23,803 nt of DNA from Candidatus Heimdallarchaeota archaeon (GTDB taxonomy: Archaea > Asgardarchaeota > Heimdallarchaeia > Heimdallarchaeales > Heimdallarchaeaceae). The stretch lies in NCBI GenBank assembly GCA_016840095.1, contig JAEOSZ010000086.1, positions 1-23,803 of the forward strand. The letters are read 5' to 3'. The notes below the pieces were generated by a model. That model was not told the DNA's origin. It did no database searches and was given only the letters and a program-made list of their open reading frames with translations. Every line of letters begins with the position of its first letter. The stretch's first letter is position 1. Below, one piece after another: positions 1-7,782 of the stretch. The position numbers and the translations under genes are program-made.

Positions 1-1854
1 GATTGGGCAGTTACATTATCAGATTGGTTGACACATCGTGGTCAAAGCATAGTAAATTTAGGCTTTCCTTTCCCTTCTTACAGAAAAGGTCAAGAAAAAA
101 TGGTAAAGATAGTTGAGGAAGTCCTATCAAACAAAAATACATTCTTTTGTCAAGCTCCAACGGGTATAGGAAAGACTGTAGGGGCGCTTTATCCTTCGAT
201 TAAACAACTTGAATCCAATTTTGATTCCAAGATTTTCTATTTAACTGCTAAAACAACTACAAGATTTATTGCAGAAGAAACACTAGAAATTTTAAGAAAC
301 ATAGGATTAAAACTCAAATCTGTAACAATAACAGCAAAAGCTAAAATTTGTTTCAAAGAAAAGGACATGTGTGATCCTAACTATTGTGAATATGCTAAAG
401 GGCACTTTAATAGAGTGAATGGCGCAATCAAGGATATTTTTCAAGAAGATGCTTTTACAAGAACAATTATTGAAAAATATGCGAGGAAACACAGAGTATG
501 TCCCTTTGAGTTTTCTTTAGATTTAGCACTTTGGTCAGATTGTATTGTTTGTGATTATAATTACGCCTTTGATCCTAGAGTATTCCTGAAAAGGTTTTTT
601 GCGGAAGAAAAAGGAGACTATACATTTCTTATTGATGAGGCACATAATTTGGTTGACAGAGCAAGAAAAATGTTTTCAGCCGAGATTCTAAAGAAACCTG
701 TTTTAAATCTCAGAAGAAAAACAAAGGAAGAACTTCCAGAACTCTCTAAGATTTTGAATAAAATAAATCAGTATTTTATCAATATCAGGAAAAAATGTGA
801 AACTAGCAAATATAGATACGTTTCACAAAAAGAACTTCCTGATGAAGAATTATTCAAATTACTAAGACGTTTATCAAGTAAAGCTTCTGATTGGCTAGAG
901 CTAAATATCCCTACAGATTATAGAGAAGAGCTAGTGGAATTGTTTTTTGATGTAAGAAATTTCTTACGAACAGCTGAAGATTATGACGATCACTATGTAA
1001 CATACTTCAGAAAATATAGGAACAATGTAATCATTAAATTATATTGTATAGACCCTTCTAAATTACTAAAACAAGCAATAAACAGAGGTAATACTGCTAT
1101 TTTCTATTCAGCAACATTAACACCTATTGATTACTTTGCATATCTTTTAGGTGGGGGGAAGGAAAGTACTAAATTACAGTTACCTTCTCCATTCCCAAGA
1201 GAAAATCTTGCTCTGTTAATCGCAGATCATATCTCTACTAGATACGTAGATAGAGAACAATCTTACAAAGAAATAGCAGATTTAATTCTAAAAACCACCC
1301 AACCTAAAATTGGCAATTATCTAGTTTTCTTCCCTTCATATGAATATCTTGAGAATGTTCTTGAGGAATTCAAAAAAATAAAGAATAACTCTGAACTGAT
1401 AGTACAAACACAAGGAATGCCAGAAGAAGAGAGAGAAGAATTCTTAGATAAGTTCTCAAAATTTGGAAAAAAAACACTCATTGGATTCGCTGTTATGGGA
1501 GGAGTATTTGGAGAGGGAATTGATTTAATTGGAGAGAAACTCTCAGGTGCAGTTGTTGTTGGTGTAGGGCTGCCTAAAATAAGTCTAGAACAGGATTTGA
1601 TAAAGGACCATTTTGATACAACAAAACGAGAAGGATTCCTATATGCATATACATATCCAGGTATGAACAAAGTAATGCAAGCAGCTGGAAGAGTTATTAG
1701 AACTGAAAAGGATCAGGGAGTAGTTTTACTGATTGGTGACAGATATTCAACTACAACATACAAGAAACTCTTTCCAGAAGCATGGCAGGATGTTAAACTT
1801 GTAATAAACAAGAATCAACTATCAAAAATGATTGAAAGTTTTTGGGAAGAGTAA
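1..1854 (+). CDS. Rad3/XPD/DinG-family SF2 ATP-dependent DNA helicase with Fe-S cluster; 5'-truncated by the window edge
   Basis: Q-motif (YRKGQ), Walker A APTGIGKT, Fe-S cysteines (KICFKEKDMCDPNYC...VCPFE), DEAH box, SATL, FFPSY, GEGID and QAAGRVIR. The frame is open from base 1 (DWAVTLSDWLTHR...), so the TTG at 28 is probably not the true start. Confidence 0.93.
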   Translation, partial: DWAVTLSDWLTHRGQSIVNLGFPFPSYRKGQEKMVKIVEEVLSNKNTFFCQAPTGIGKTVGALYPSIKQLESNFDSKIFYLTAKTTTRFIAEETLEILRNIGLKLKSVTITAKAKICFKEKDMCDPNYCEYAKGHFNRVNGAIKDIFQEDAFTRTIIEKYARKHRVCPFEFSLDLALWSDCIVCDYNYAFDPRVFLKRFFAEEKGDYTFLIDEAHNLVDRARKMFSAEILKKPVLNLRRKTKEELPELSKILNKINQYFINIRKKCETSKYRYVSQKELPDEELFKLLRRLSSKASDWLELNIPTDYREELVELFFDVRNFLRTAEDYDDHYVTYFRKYRNNVIIKLYCIDPSKLLKQAINRGNTAIFYSATLTPIDYFAYLLGGGKESTKLQLPSPFPRENLALLIADHISTRYVDREQSYKEIADLILKTTQPKIGNYLVFFPSYEYLENVLEEFKKIKNNSELIVQTQGMPEEEREEFLDKFSKFGKKTLIGFAVMGGVFGEGIDLIGEKLSGAVVVGVGLPKISLEQDLIKDHFDTTKREGFLYAYTYPGMNKVMQAAGRVIRTEKDQGVVLLIGDRYSTTTYKKLFPEAWQDVKLVINKNQLSKMIESFWEE

Positions 1855-1856
1855 AA

Positions 1857-2435
1857 TTAGAGTTCTCCACGTAAATAATGTTGAATAGCTTCTGTTTGAG
1901 TACTCTTAATAATTTCTCTAATCAGAGTCTGAAATGCTTCTTGAACCTGATCACCAAACTTTGCAGAGGTTTCAATATAAGGTATATTATATCCACTCCA
2001 GTTTGAGAGAGCTTTAGCGTATTTTTCACCATATTCTGCAGGAATAGTGTTGTAAATATGTCCACGAAGATCATTTTTATTTCCAATTAAAACTAGTGGA
2101 ACTTTTCTGTTTTGATTATTTTTCAATAATTCTTTAACCCAATCTGCTAGATGTTCATAGGAATCTGGACGAGTTAAATCAAAAACGAGAAGAGCTCCTC
2201 GAGTACCTTTGTAAAAACCTTCGCGAACAGCAGAAAATCGGGGTTGACCAGCAAGATCCCAAATAATTATAGTAACTTCATATTCATCAACGTGAATAAC
2301 TTTGGTTGCGAAGTCTGCACCTAAAGTCATTTGATAATCGCGATCGAATCCTTCACCTAGGAAATTCTTCCTTAAACTTGTTTTTCCGACCGCCCCTTCA
2401 CCGAGTAGAGTAATTTTGAATTTCTTTGTTTCCAG
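1857..2435 (-). CDS. Rab/Ras-like small GTPase (~192 aa, probable CTG start)
   Basis: G1 GEGAVGKTS is encoded in-frame upstream of the ORF-track ATG at 2330. G2 YQMTLGADF, G3 WDLAGQ, G4 NKND and G5 ETSAK follow. The reading frame is bounded by TAA at 2438-2436, and the first codon after it is CTG at 2435. Confidence 0.9.
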   Translation of the reverse strand: METKKFKITLLGEGAVGKTSLRKNFLGEGFDRDYQMTLGADFATKVIHVDEYEVTIIIWDLAGQPRFSAVREGFYKGTRGALLVFDLTRPDSYEHLADWVKELLKNNQNRKVPLVLIGNKNDLRGHIYNTIPAEYGEKYAKALSNWSGYNIPYIETSAKFGDQVQEAFQTLIREIIKSTQTEAIQHYLRGEL

Positions 2436-2678
2436 TTAAGACACCATGCTTTAACTTCTAATTAATACTAGTAATTGAAATCTCTTATATGCCTTTTGGT
2501 TGTTTGAAAATAGACTCTAAACTAATTTCAGTAATTTTTGAAAATTTCCCGACAAAAACTTATGTGCGTATGTTTCCACGCATAAAGGGACAAAATTCAT
2601 CAGTGTTCTTTTCTTGCACTTTTGCATTACATAATGAGAAACTAAATTGCATGATTAAGGATTTCTGCGTTTAGAATA

Positions 2679-3356
2679 TCACTTAGGTTTCATAGCATCA
2701 ATTAATATCTTTAATTGAGAATCAAGCAAATATTCAAAGTATTTATCATCAATATTGGGATGAAGGTACTTATACGGATTTTTTAGACTTGTTTGCCAAA
2801 TTATCGTAGCTATCATCATTGAACACACTTCTGGATCCAAATCATCTCTTAAACCACCTTCGGATTTACATCTCTCAAAATATTCAGTAAAGATAGCAGA
2901 TGTTTCAAGATTAAGAAAATGCTGAATCATAAGTTCAAGTTTTTCCGAGTTTGCTAGTTTTAATTTGGCTCTACCTTTCTGAAGAAAACTGTTAATTTTA
3001 TCTTCTTCTCGAATTATTAACAATATAAGATCTTGATGTTCACTTAGATTCTTTTTAAGAAGTTTACCTATAGCAGGTAAAGCAACTTCTAAATCAGTTA
3101 CCATCACTTTCATCATATCAAAAAGAGTCTCTACTTTTTCCGAGATTATCCTAAATTCAGTTAGAAATATATCATACAATATGGCATACTTGCTTGTGTA
3201 GAACCTATAAAGCAAAGTTTCAGAGATTTTTGCTTCCCGTGCTATTGACCTAATACTGACTGATTCAACACCAAACTCAAGCATCTTTTTTAGAGCAGCG
3301 TGTCGTATAGTTTCTCTTCTTTGATCTTTCATTAATCGTGAACTTGACGAAACCAT
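2679..3356 (-). CDS. TetR/AcrR-family transcriptional regulator
   Basis: N-terminal HTH (RRETIRHAALKKMLEFGVESVSIRSIAREAKISETLLYRFYTSKYAIL) and C-terminal GGLRDDLDPE. ATG at 3356 preferred to TTG at 3365. Divergent from the MMPL gene. Confidence 0.9.
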   Translation of the reverse strand: MVSSSSRLMKDQRRETIRHAALKKMLEFGVESVSIRSIAREAKISETLLYRFYTSKYAILYDIFLTEFRIISEKVETLFDMMKVMVTDLEVALPAIGKLLKKNLSEHQDLILLIIREEDKINSFLQKGRAKLKLANSEKLELMIQHFLNLETSAIFTEYFERCKSEGGLRDDLDPEVCSMMIATIIWQTSLKNPYKYLHPNIDDKYFEYLLDSQLKILIDAMKPK

Positions 3357-3401
3357 TTCCTTCAATGGATATCACATGAATGTTTATATAAGTGTTATTA
3401 T

Positions 3402-3423
3402 ATGTTGTCAGTAGTGACAACAT
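3402..3423. promoter_or_regulatory. Putative TetR operator: inverted repeat ATGTTGTCA-gtag-TGACAACAT
   Basis: Perfect 9-bp arms with a 4-bp spacer, just downstream of TATA-like TTTATATA (3383-3390) and just before the ATG at 3426, inside the TetR/MMPL divergent gap. Confidence 0.75.
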
Positions 3424-3425
3424 GG

Positions 3426-5882
3426 ATGGCAGATAAAGACAACAAGAAGAAAGAAAAAAAGAGGTTCATAGAGAGATATAATGTATTTCTGAATAAATCT
3501 AAAATTTACGTTATTGTTTTCTGGGCAATTTTATTAGGGGTTAGTATATATTTCGGACCAAAGGTCTTCAATACAACAGATATATTCTTTGAGCCACCAG
3601 ATTCTGCTGAAAGTATGATTGCTCAAGACATATTAGCTCAAGAGTTTCCCAGTCTTGCGAATGATACTAGTATAATAATTCTCGTAAGAACAATAGAAAA
3701 CGAGAGTGTTCTGACTCCAGAGATTGAAGGTTATGGTCAAACGATAAACTCCTCATTTGGAGATTTTGAGCAACCAGATTATGTCAAAACATGCCTAAGC
3801 TATTATTTCTTCAAGAGCTTGAACCAAGATGAATTAGCAGCTAATTTTGTTTCAGAGGATCTTCGAACAACTATGTTTGTGATAATGTACAATAGTGCTG
3901 ATGAAGAATTAGAGAAGGATTTTGTTGATTTTATTACTGCAATAGTTCATAACAATGCTCCAGATGAAAATAAGTACAACGTATATATGACAGGAATGCC
4001 TATAGTATACAGAGATTTATTCAGATCAGCAGCTGAAGATATGGCTAGAATGGACGCGATTGTTATTCCTATTGCCTTGGTTGTTCTTGCTTTTGTACTG
4101 AAACGAATGAGATTGATCATTATGCCAATCCTGGCCATAGCTATAAGCACATTTGTCAGTTTTGCGATTTTATATGCACTATCTTTTCTTCTTCCAATAG
4201 TATCCTTTACTCCAAGTATTGTAATGTCTTTAACAATTGCATTAGCAATAGATTATGCTTTATTTCTATTAACAAGATATAAGGAAGAATTGGAAAAAGG
4301 AGAAGAATCAGTTGTTGCCGTTTATACAATGTCTGAACACGCAGGGCACACTATACTTGTTTCTGGGATTACACTCACTATCTGTTTCATTGGTCTGGTA
4401 TTCTTTCCAGTTTCACTTTTATCAACTTTGGGTATTTCAGCAGCCATTACTGTGTTCATGACCCTTGCCACTAATCTTACTTTGGTACCAGCATTGCTAC
4501 TTACTTTCAGGAAATTTTTCTCAAACAATAATTTAGAGAAAAAATTGGAAAGAAGATTTCTTATCTTTAAGAAGAAGATTAACGGAGAGAAAAATACATC
4601 AAATGAACCAACCACTAGATCAGAGAAAATAAGAATAGCAAAAGAAAAACAGAGCAAAAGTACTTGGACAAAGATAACAAAATTCTCCCAGAAGTATGCA
4701 GTTTTCATTATTATTGGAATAATAGCTGTTGCAATTCCTATCTCACTTCAAGTTATGAATATTGAATTAAGTTTGGATTTGAAACTTGGTCTACCCAGAA
4801 ACACTGAACTTTGGGATAGTTATATGGTATTAGACCAGAGTTTCTCAGCTGGACAGTTGGATAGACATTACATAGTAGTTCAAACAGATACTACAAATGG
4901 TATTGCTAGTTCTGAATTCTATACAAACGTGCAAAACTTGATATTAAACCTAACAAGTAAAACGATAATTACGGGAGAAAGCTTTACAAGCATATGTTGG
5001 GCGTCGAATCTCTCCATTCCATGGATGGTAGCACTATATTACCTGCACAACCCATCTTCTAGTGACTTTGCTATGTTATATAATCAAGTTTGGAGAGAAT
5101 ATACTACTCCTGATAATTCAACTACATTGATAGATATAGTTACTCCCTTTGATCCCTATGGAGCTGAAGAAGAACAGTGGGTAAAAAACACTAGAACTAT
5201 ACTAGAGGAATTTGAGAATAGTACTGGATATACTTTATCTTTAGCAGGCAGACCAGTTCAACAAGTCGATGCAAAGATAACTGTATTCAAGCTATTTCCT
5301 GCTATGATTGTTACTGTAATTGTGGTTGTATATATTTTCATTGCAATTATGTTTAAATCCGTGTTTATTCCACTAAGACTTATCTTAACTATAGGACTTA
5401 CAATGAGCTGGATTTTTGGCGTTGCAGTTTTAATTTTTGAAAAAAACATCTTTGATTGGATATCACCTGGAGTTTTGGGGAGTGTAGATGCAATTTATTG
5501 GATTGTTCCTGTATTGACATTCACTGTGGTTTTAGGGTTAGGTTTAGATTACGATATTTTTCTCCTAAGTAGGATTAGTGAATACAGACGTAACAGTTAT
5601 TCTGACAAAGCAGCAATAATCAAAGGTGTTTATAAAACTGGAGGAATTATAACCTCAGCTGGAATTATTATGGCTATCGCTTTTAGTGGTTTGATGCTCA
5701 GTTCTTTGCAAATAATGGTACAAGCTGGTTTCATCCTAACCTTTGCAGTTCTTGTTGATACATTTGTTATTAGAACGATACTTGTTCCTGCAATCATGTC
5801 AATTGCTGAAAAGTGGAATTGGTGGCCCGCAAATATCCCAGAACCTGCAAAAGATGAAAATTGCATGGAAGATGACATCTAA
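3426..5882 (+). CDS. MMPL-family (RND superfamily) membrane transporter
   Basis: Two repeats of TM + extracytoplasmic loop + 5 TM, with AIDYALFLLTRYKEE / AGHTILVSG and GLGLDYDIFLLSRISE / TGGIITSAGIIMAIAF / VDTFVIRTILVPA...WNWWP. Start at 3426 (MADK) preferred because the ATG at 3402 lies inside the operator. Confidence 0.93.
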   Translation: MADKDNKKKEKKRFIERYNVFLNKSKIYVIVFWAILLGVSIYFGPKVFNTTDIFFEPPDSAESMIAQDILAQEFPSLANDTSIIILVRTIENESVLTPEIEGYGQTINSSFGDFEQPDYVKTCLSYYFFKSLNQDELAANFVSEDLRTTMFVIMYNSADEELEKDFVDFITAIVHNNAPDENKYNVYMTGMPIVYRDLFRSAAEDMARMDAIVIPIALVVLAFVLKRMRLIIMPILAIAISTFVSFAILYALSFLLPIVSFTPSIVMSLTIALAIDYALFLLTRYKEELEKGEESVVAVYTMSEHAGHTILVSGITLTICFIGLVFFPVSLLSTLGISAAITVFMTLATNLTLVPALLLTFRKFFSNNNLEKKLERRFLIFKKKINGEKNTSNEPTTRSEKIRIAKEKQSKSTWTKITKFSQKYAVFIIIGIIAVAIPISLQVMNIELSLDLKLGLPRNTELWDSYMVLDQSFSAGQLDRHYIVVQTDTTNGIASSEFYTNVQNLILNLTSKTIITGESFTSICWASNLSIPWMVALYYLHNPSSSDFAMLYNQVWREYTTPDNSTTLIDIVTPFDPYGAEEEQWVKNTRTILEEFENSTGYTLSLAGRPVQQVDAKITVFKLFPAMIVTVIVVVYIFIAIMFKSVFIPLRLILTIGLTMSWIFGVAVLIFEKNIFDWISPGVLGSVDAIYWIVPVLTFTVVLGLGLDYDIFLLSRISEYRRNSYSDKAAIIKGVYKTGGIITSAGIIMAIAFSGLMLSSLQIMVQAGFILTFAVLVDTFVIRTILVPAIMSIAEKWNWWPANIPEPAKDENCMEDDI

Positions 5883-5908
5883 AAAAATAGAATGGAAGAA
5901 AATCTTCC

Positions 5909-6820
5909 CTAGTTCTCTTTTATTGGAAAATAAATAGTAAATGGAATCTTGTTTCCATCACTAATTATAGGATTTGTATTTTCTTCTAAGCATTGATGGT
6001 GACCAAAATCATAATCTTTGCTTTCCTTAATCCATTTCATCAAATCCTGATAGGTTTTCCCTAAATCATCTACCCCTATACAGTTCTTTGTTACGAATAG
6101 TCCTTCTGGAATTGTTTTTACAGTAACTTCATTATCAACTTCTAAATCATCAATGGTCATCCAAAACTCATATCCATAGGGATTGTCTTTATCTATAATA
6201 AACTCTTTAGTTTCTTTGTTAAATTTTGGATCTGGATTATTAAATCCAAATACTCTATGTTTTTCAGGCTTTTCATAAAGACCCAATGGTTCAGCCCAAG
6301 CATACAATTTTGCTCCAGCTTTTGGTTCAGGTTCACCTAGAGATTCTCCCATTGCATGGAATGATACAACTCTCATTTCAGGTAAAGTTACTATTTTGAA
6401 ACTATCTTTTTCAACCATTTTTATATCACTACCTAATATAGTATATTTATTGATTAACGCTTCATAACGTAATCTCAGGGTTTCAAGCTTTTCTTGTTCT
6501 CTGACTTTTATTTCAAGAAAAGATTTTGCAGAACTTGTTAGAAAATCTTCTCCATCAAAAGAAATCTGATAGAATCCTCTTTCTTTTTTTTCAACTAATC
6601 CACAGTCAACCAAAGTTGTAATGTGATTAGCTAGAGATGTTTTTGCAATTCTCAATTTTTCTTGTAAATCACCGAATTCCATTGGTTCTGTTAGCAATCT
6701 TGCTAGAATCTCCAATCGAGTAGGGTGGTCCAATGCTTTATGAAAATTAGAAATATCATCTAAAGATTCGAGAATAAACATCTGAATTGATTCTTTATTG
6801 TGAAAAGGCATGTTACCCAT
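5909..6820 (-). CDS. ArsR-type winged-HTH regulator fused to a GyrI-like effector-binding domain
   Basis: FHKALDHPTRLEILARL...KTSLANHITTLVDCGLVEKKERGFY (ArsR HTH). C-terminal KIVTLPEMRVVSF...FGFNNPDP...YGYEFWM...HHQCLEE...IYFPIKE (GyrI-like). Start uncertain (ATG 6829, 6820 or 6811). Confidence 0.85.
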   Translation of the reverse strand: MGNMPFHNKESIQMFILESLDDISNFHKALDHPTRLEILARLLTEPMEFGDLQEKLRIAKTSLANHITTLVDCGLVEKKERGFYQISFDGEDFLTSSAKSFLEIKVREQEKLETLRLRYEALINKYTILGSDIKMVEKDSFKIVTLPEMRVVSFHAMGESLGEPEPKAGAKLYAWAEPLGLYEKPEKHRVFGFNNPDPKFNKETKEFIIDKDNPYGYEFWMTIDDLEVDNEVTVKTIPEGLFVTKNCIGVDDLGKTYQDLMKWIKESKDYDFGHHQCLEENTNPIISDGNKIPFTIYFPIKEN

Positions 6821-6835
6821 ATTTACCATCTCAGC

Positions 6836-6887
6836 AGTATTCATAAGATTCGGTCGATGAATACTAGAATAGATGAATAGATGAATA
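6836..6887. promoter_or_regulatory. Putative operator: inverted repeat AGTATTCAT-N12-ATGAATACT plus tandem 8-bp GATGAATA repeats
   Basis: Inverted repeat at 6836-6844 / 6857-6865. Tandem units GATGAATA, CTAGAATA, GATGAATA, GATGAATA at 6856-6887, directly upstream of the ArsR-GyrI gene. Confidence 0.6.
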
Positions 6888-7092
6888 AATAAGTTGTGCT
6901 TAAGTTTTTTACTAGACTTCTGCAAGTTCAACCTTCTTCCTTTCACAATCAAATATGAGTCTATACCCTAAAGGAATGATATGTTAAGAATCTTTTTGCT
7001 AAAATCTATGTTGGTAAGTATTGACACTTTTATTTATTTTTCACTATATCTAGTTTAACTTCATCTAACTTCTTTCATACAACAATTTTGCA

Positions 7093-7104
7093 GAAAATTT
7101 AATA
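7093..7104 (+). promoter_or_regulatory. Archaeal BRE/TATA-like promoter (GAAAA-TTTAATA)
   Basis: Purine run followed by TTTAATA ending about 24 nt before the ATG at 7128. Confidence 0.5.
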
Positions 7105-7127
7105 GCATAAGTGGACATAATAGAATT

Positions 7128-7649
7128 ATGAAGATATGGAAATTTGTAGTAGGAATTATTCTTTTTATTGCGCCTATTGGTTTGTATGCAACAAGTTCGA
7201 CAGTTCTCATGCATGCACCTCTTGGAACATTATTATCTGATTCGTCTGGAACAACTTTCGCAGTACATACATTTAGCTGGTATAGTGACAGTGGAAGAAT
7301 AGGATATTTTACTAGTCCACCTAATGCTGCAGGAAATTGGGCTAGTATTTATTTCATGGAAATAGTTGCTTTTATTCCAGTAGCAATGTCAGCAGCTGGT
7401 ATCCTAACGACAATTATTCTTTATGCTATTGCAGTCTATATTGTTTGCAGTATCATTGATAATGAAATTCTCAATTTAATTGCTGATTTGTTAATGATAG
7501 GATGTACAGTTATGAGCATGATAGCATTTTTTGATTTTCTAAATGTTTGGAGTATATTCTTCAATACTAGTGTACCTATCTTTGGTATAATTGCAGGAAT
7601 AGCAGGTCTTCTAGGATTTGCTTTAAGCATCAAAGAAATGAGAAAATAA
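7128..7649 (+). CDS. Hypothetical multi-pass membrane protein (173 aa)
   Basis: N-terminal signal/TM and several C-terminal hydrophobic helices, with a TATA-like box upstream and a T-tract downstream. No family recognised. Confidence 0.75.
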   Translation: MKIWKFVVGIILFIAPIGLYATSSTVLMHAPLGTLLSDSSGTTFAVHTFSWYSDSGRIGYFTSPPNAAGNWASIYFMEIVAFIPVAMSAAGILTTIILYAIAVYIVCSIIDNEILNLIADLLMIGCTVMSMIAFFDFLNVWSIFFNTSVPIFGIIAGIAGLLGFALSIKEMRK

Positions 7650-7661
7650 TACAAATTACCA

Positions 7662-7682
7662 TTTTTTTAAATTTATTTTTTT
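7662..7682 (+). terminator. T-rich archaeal terminator
   Basis: TTTTTTTAAATTTATTTTTTT shortly after the stop at 7649. Confidence 0.5.
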
Positions 7683-7782
7683 CAAATGAAAAGGGTAAAC
7701 AATTGATACTTTACTCTTTGCTGGAAAATTCCACAAACTGAAAAACTAATAAACCCTTTTCCATTCTGAAACTTGATATACT

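Noticed and set aside
1-1854. DinG helicase as part of type IV CRISPR or another defence system
   Set aside because: No cas genes, array or defence partners are visible in the window. Sequence upstream of base 1 cannot be assessed.
2489-2674. 61-aa ORF in the GTPase/TetR intergenic gap
   Set aside because: No recognisable motif or initiation signal, and it overlaps the probable GTPase promoter. A small RNA here cannot be excluded but is unsupported.
6856-6887. Tandem repeats considered as a CRISPR array or iterons
   Set aside because: The units are only 8 bp with no spacers, and there are no cas or replication genes nearby.
6830-6952. N-terminal extension of the ArsR-GyrI ORF
   Set aside because: It spans repeat/operator and promoter-like DNA, and the HTH begins well downstream.
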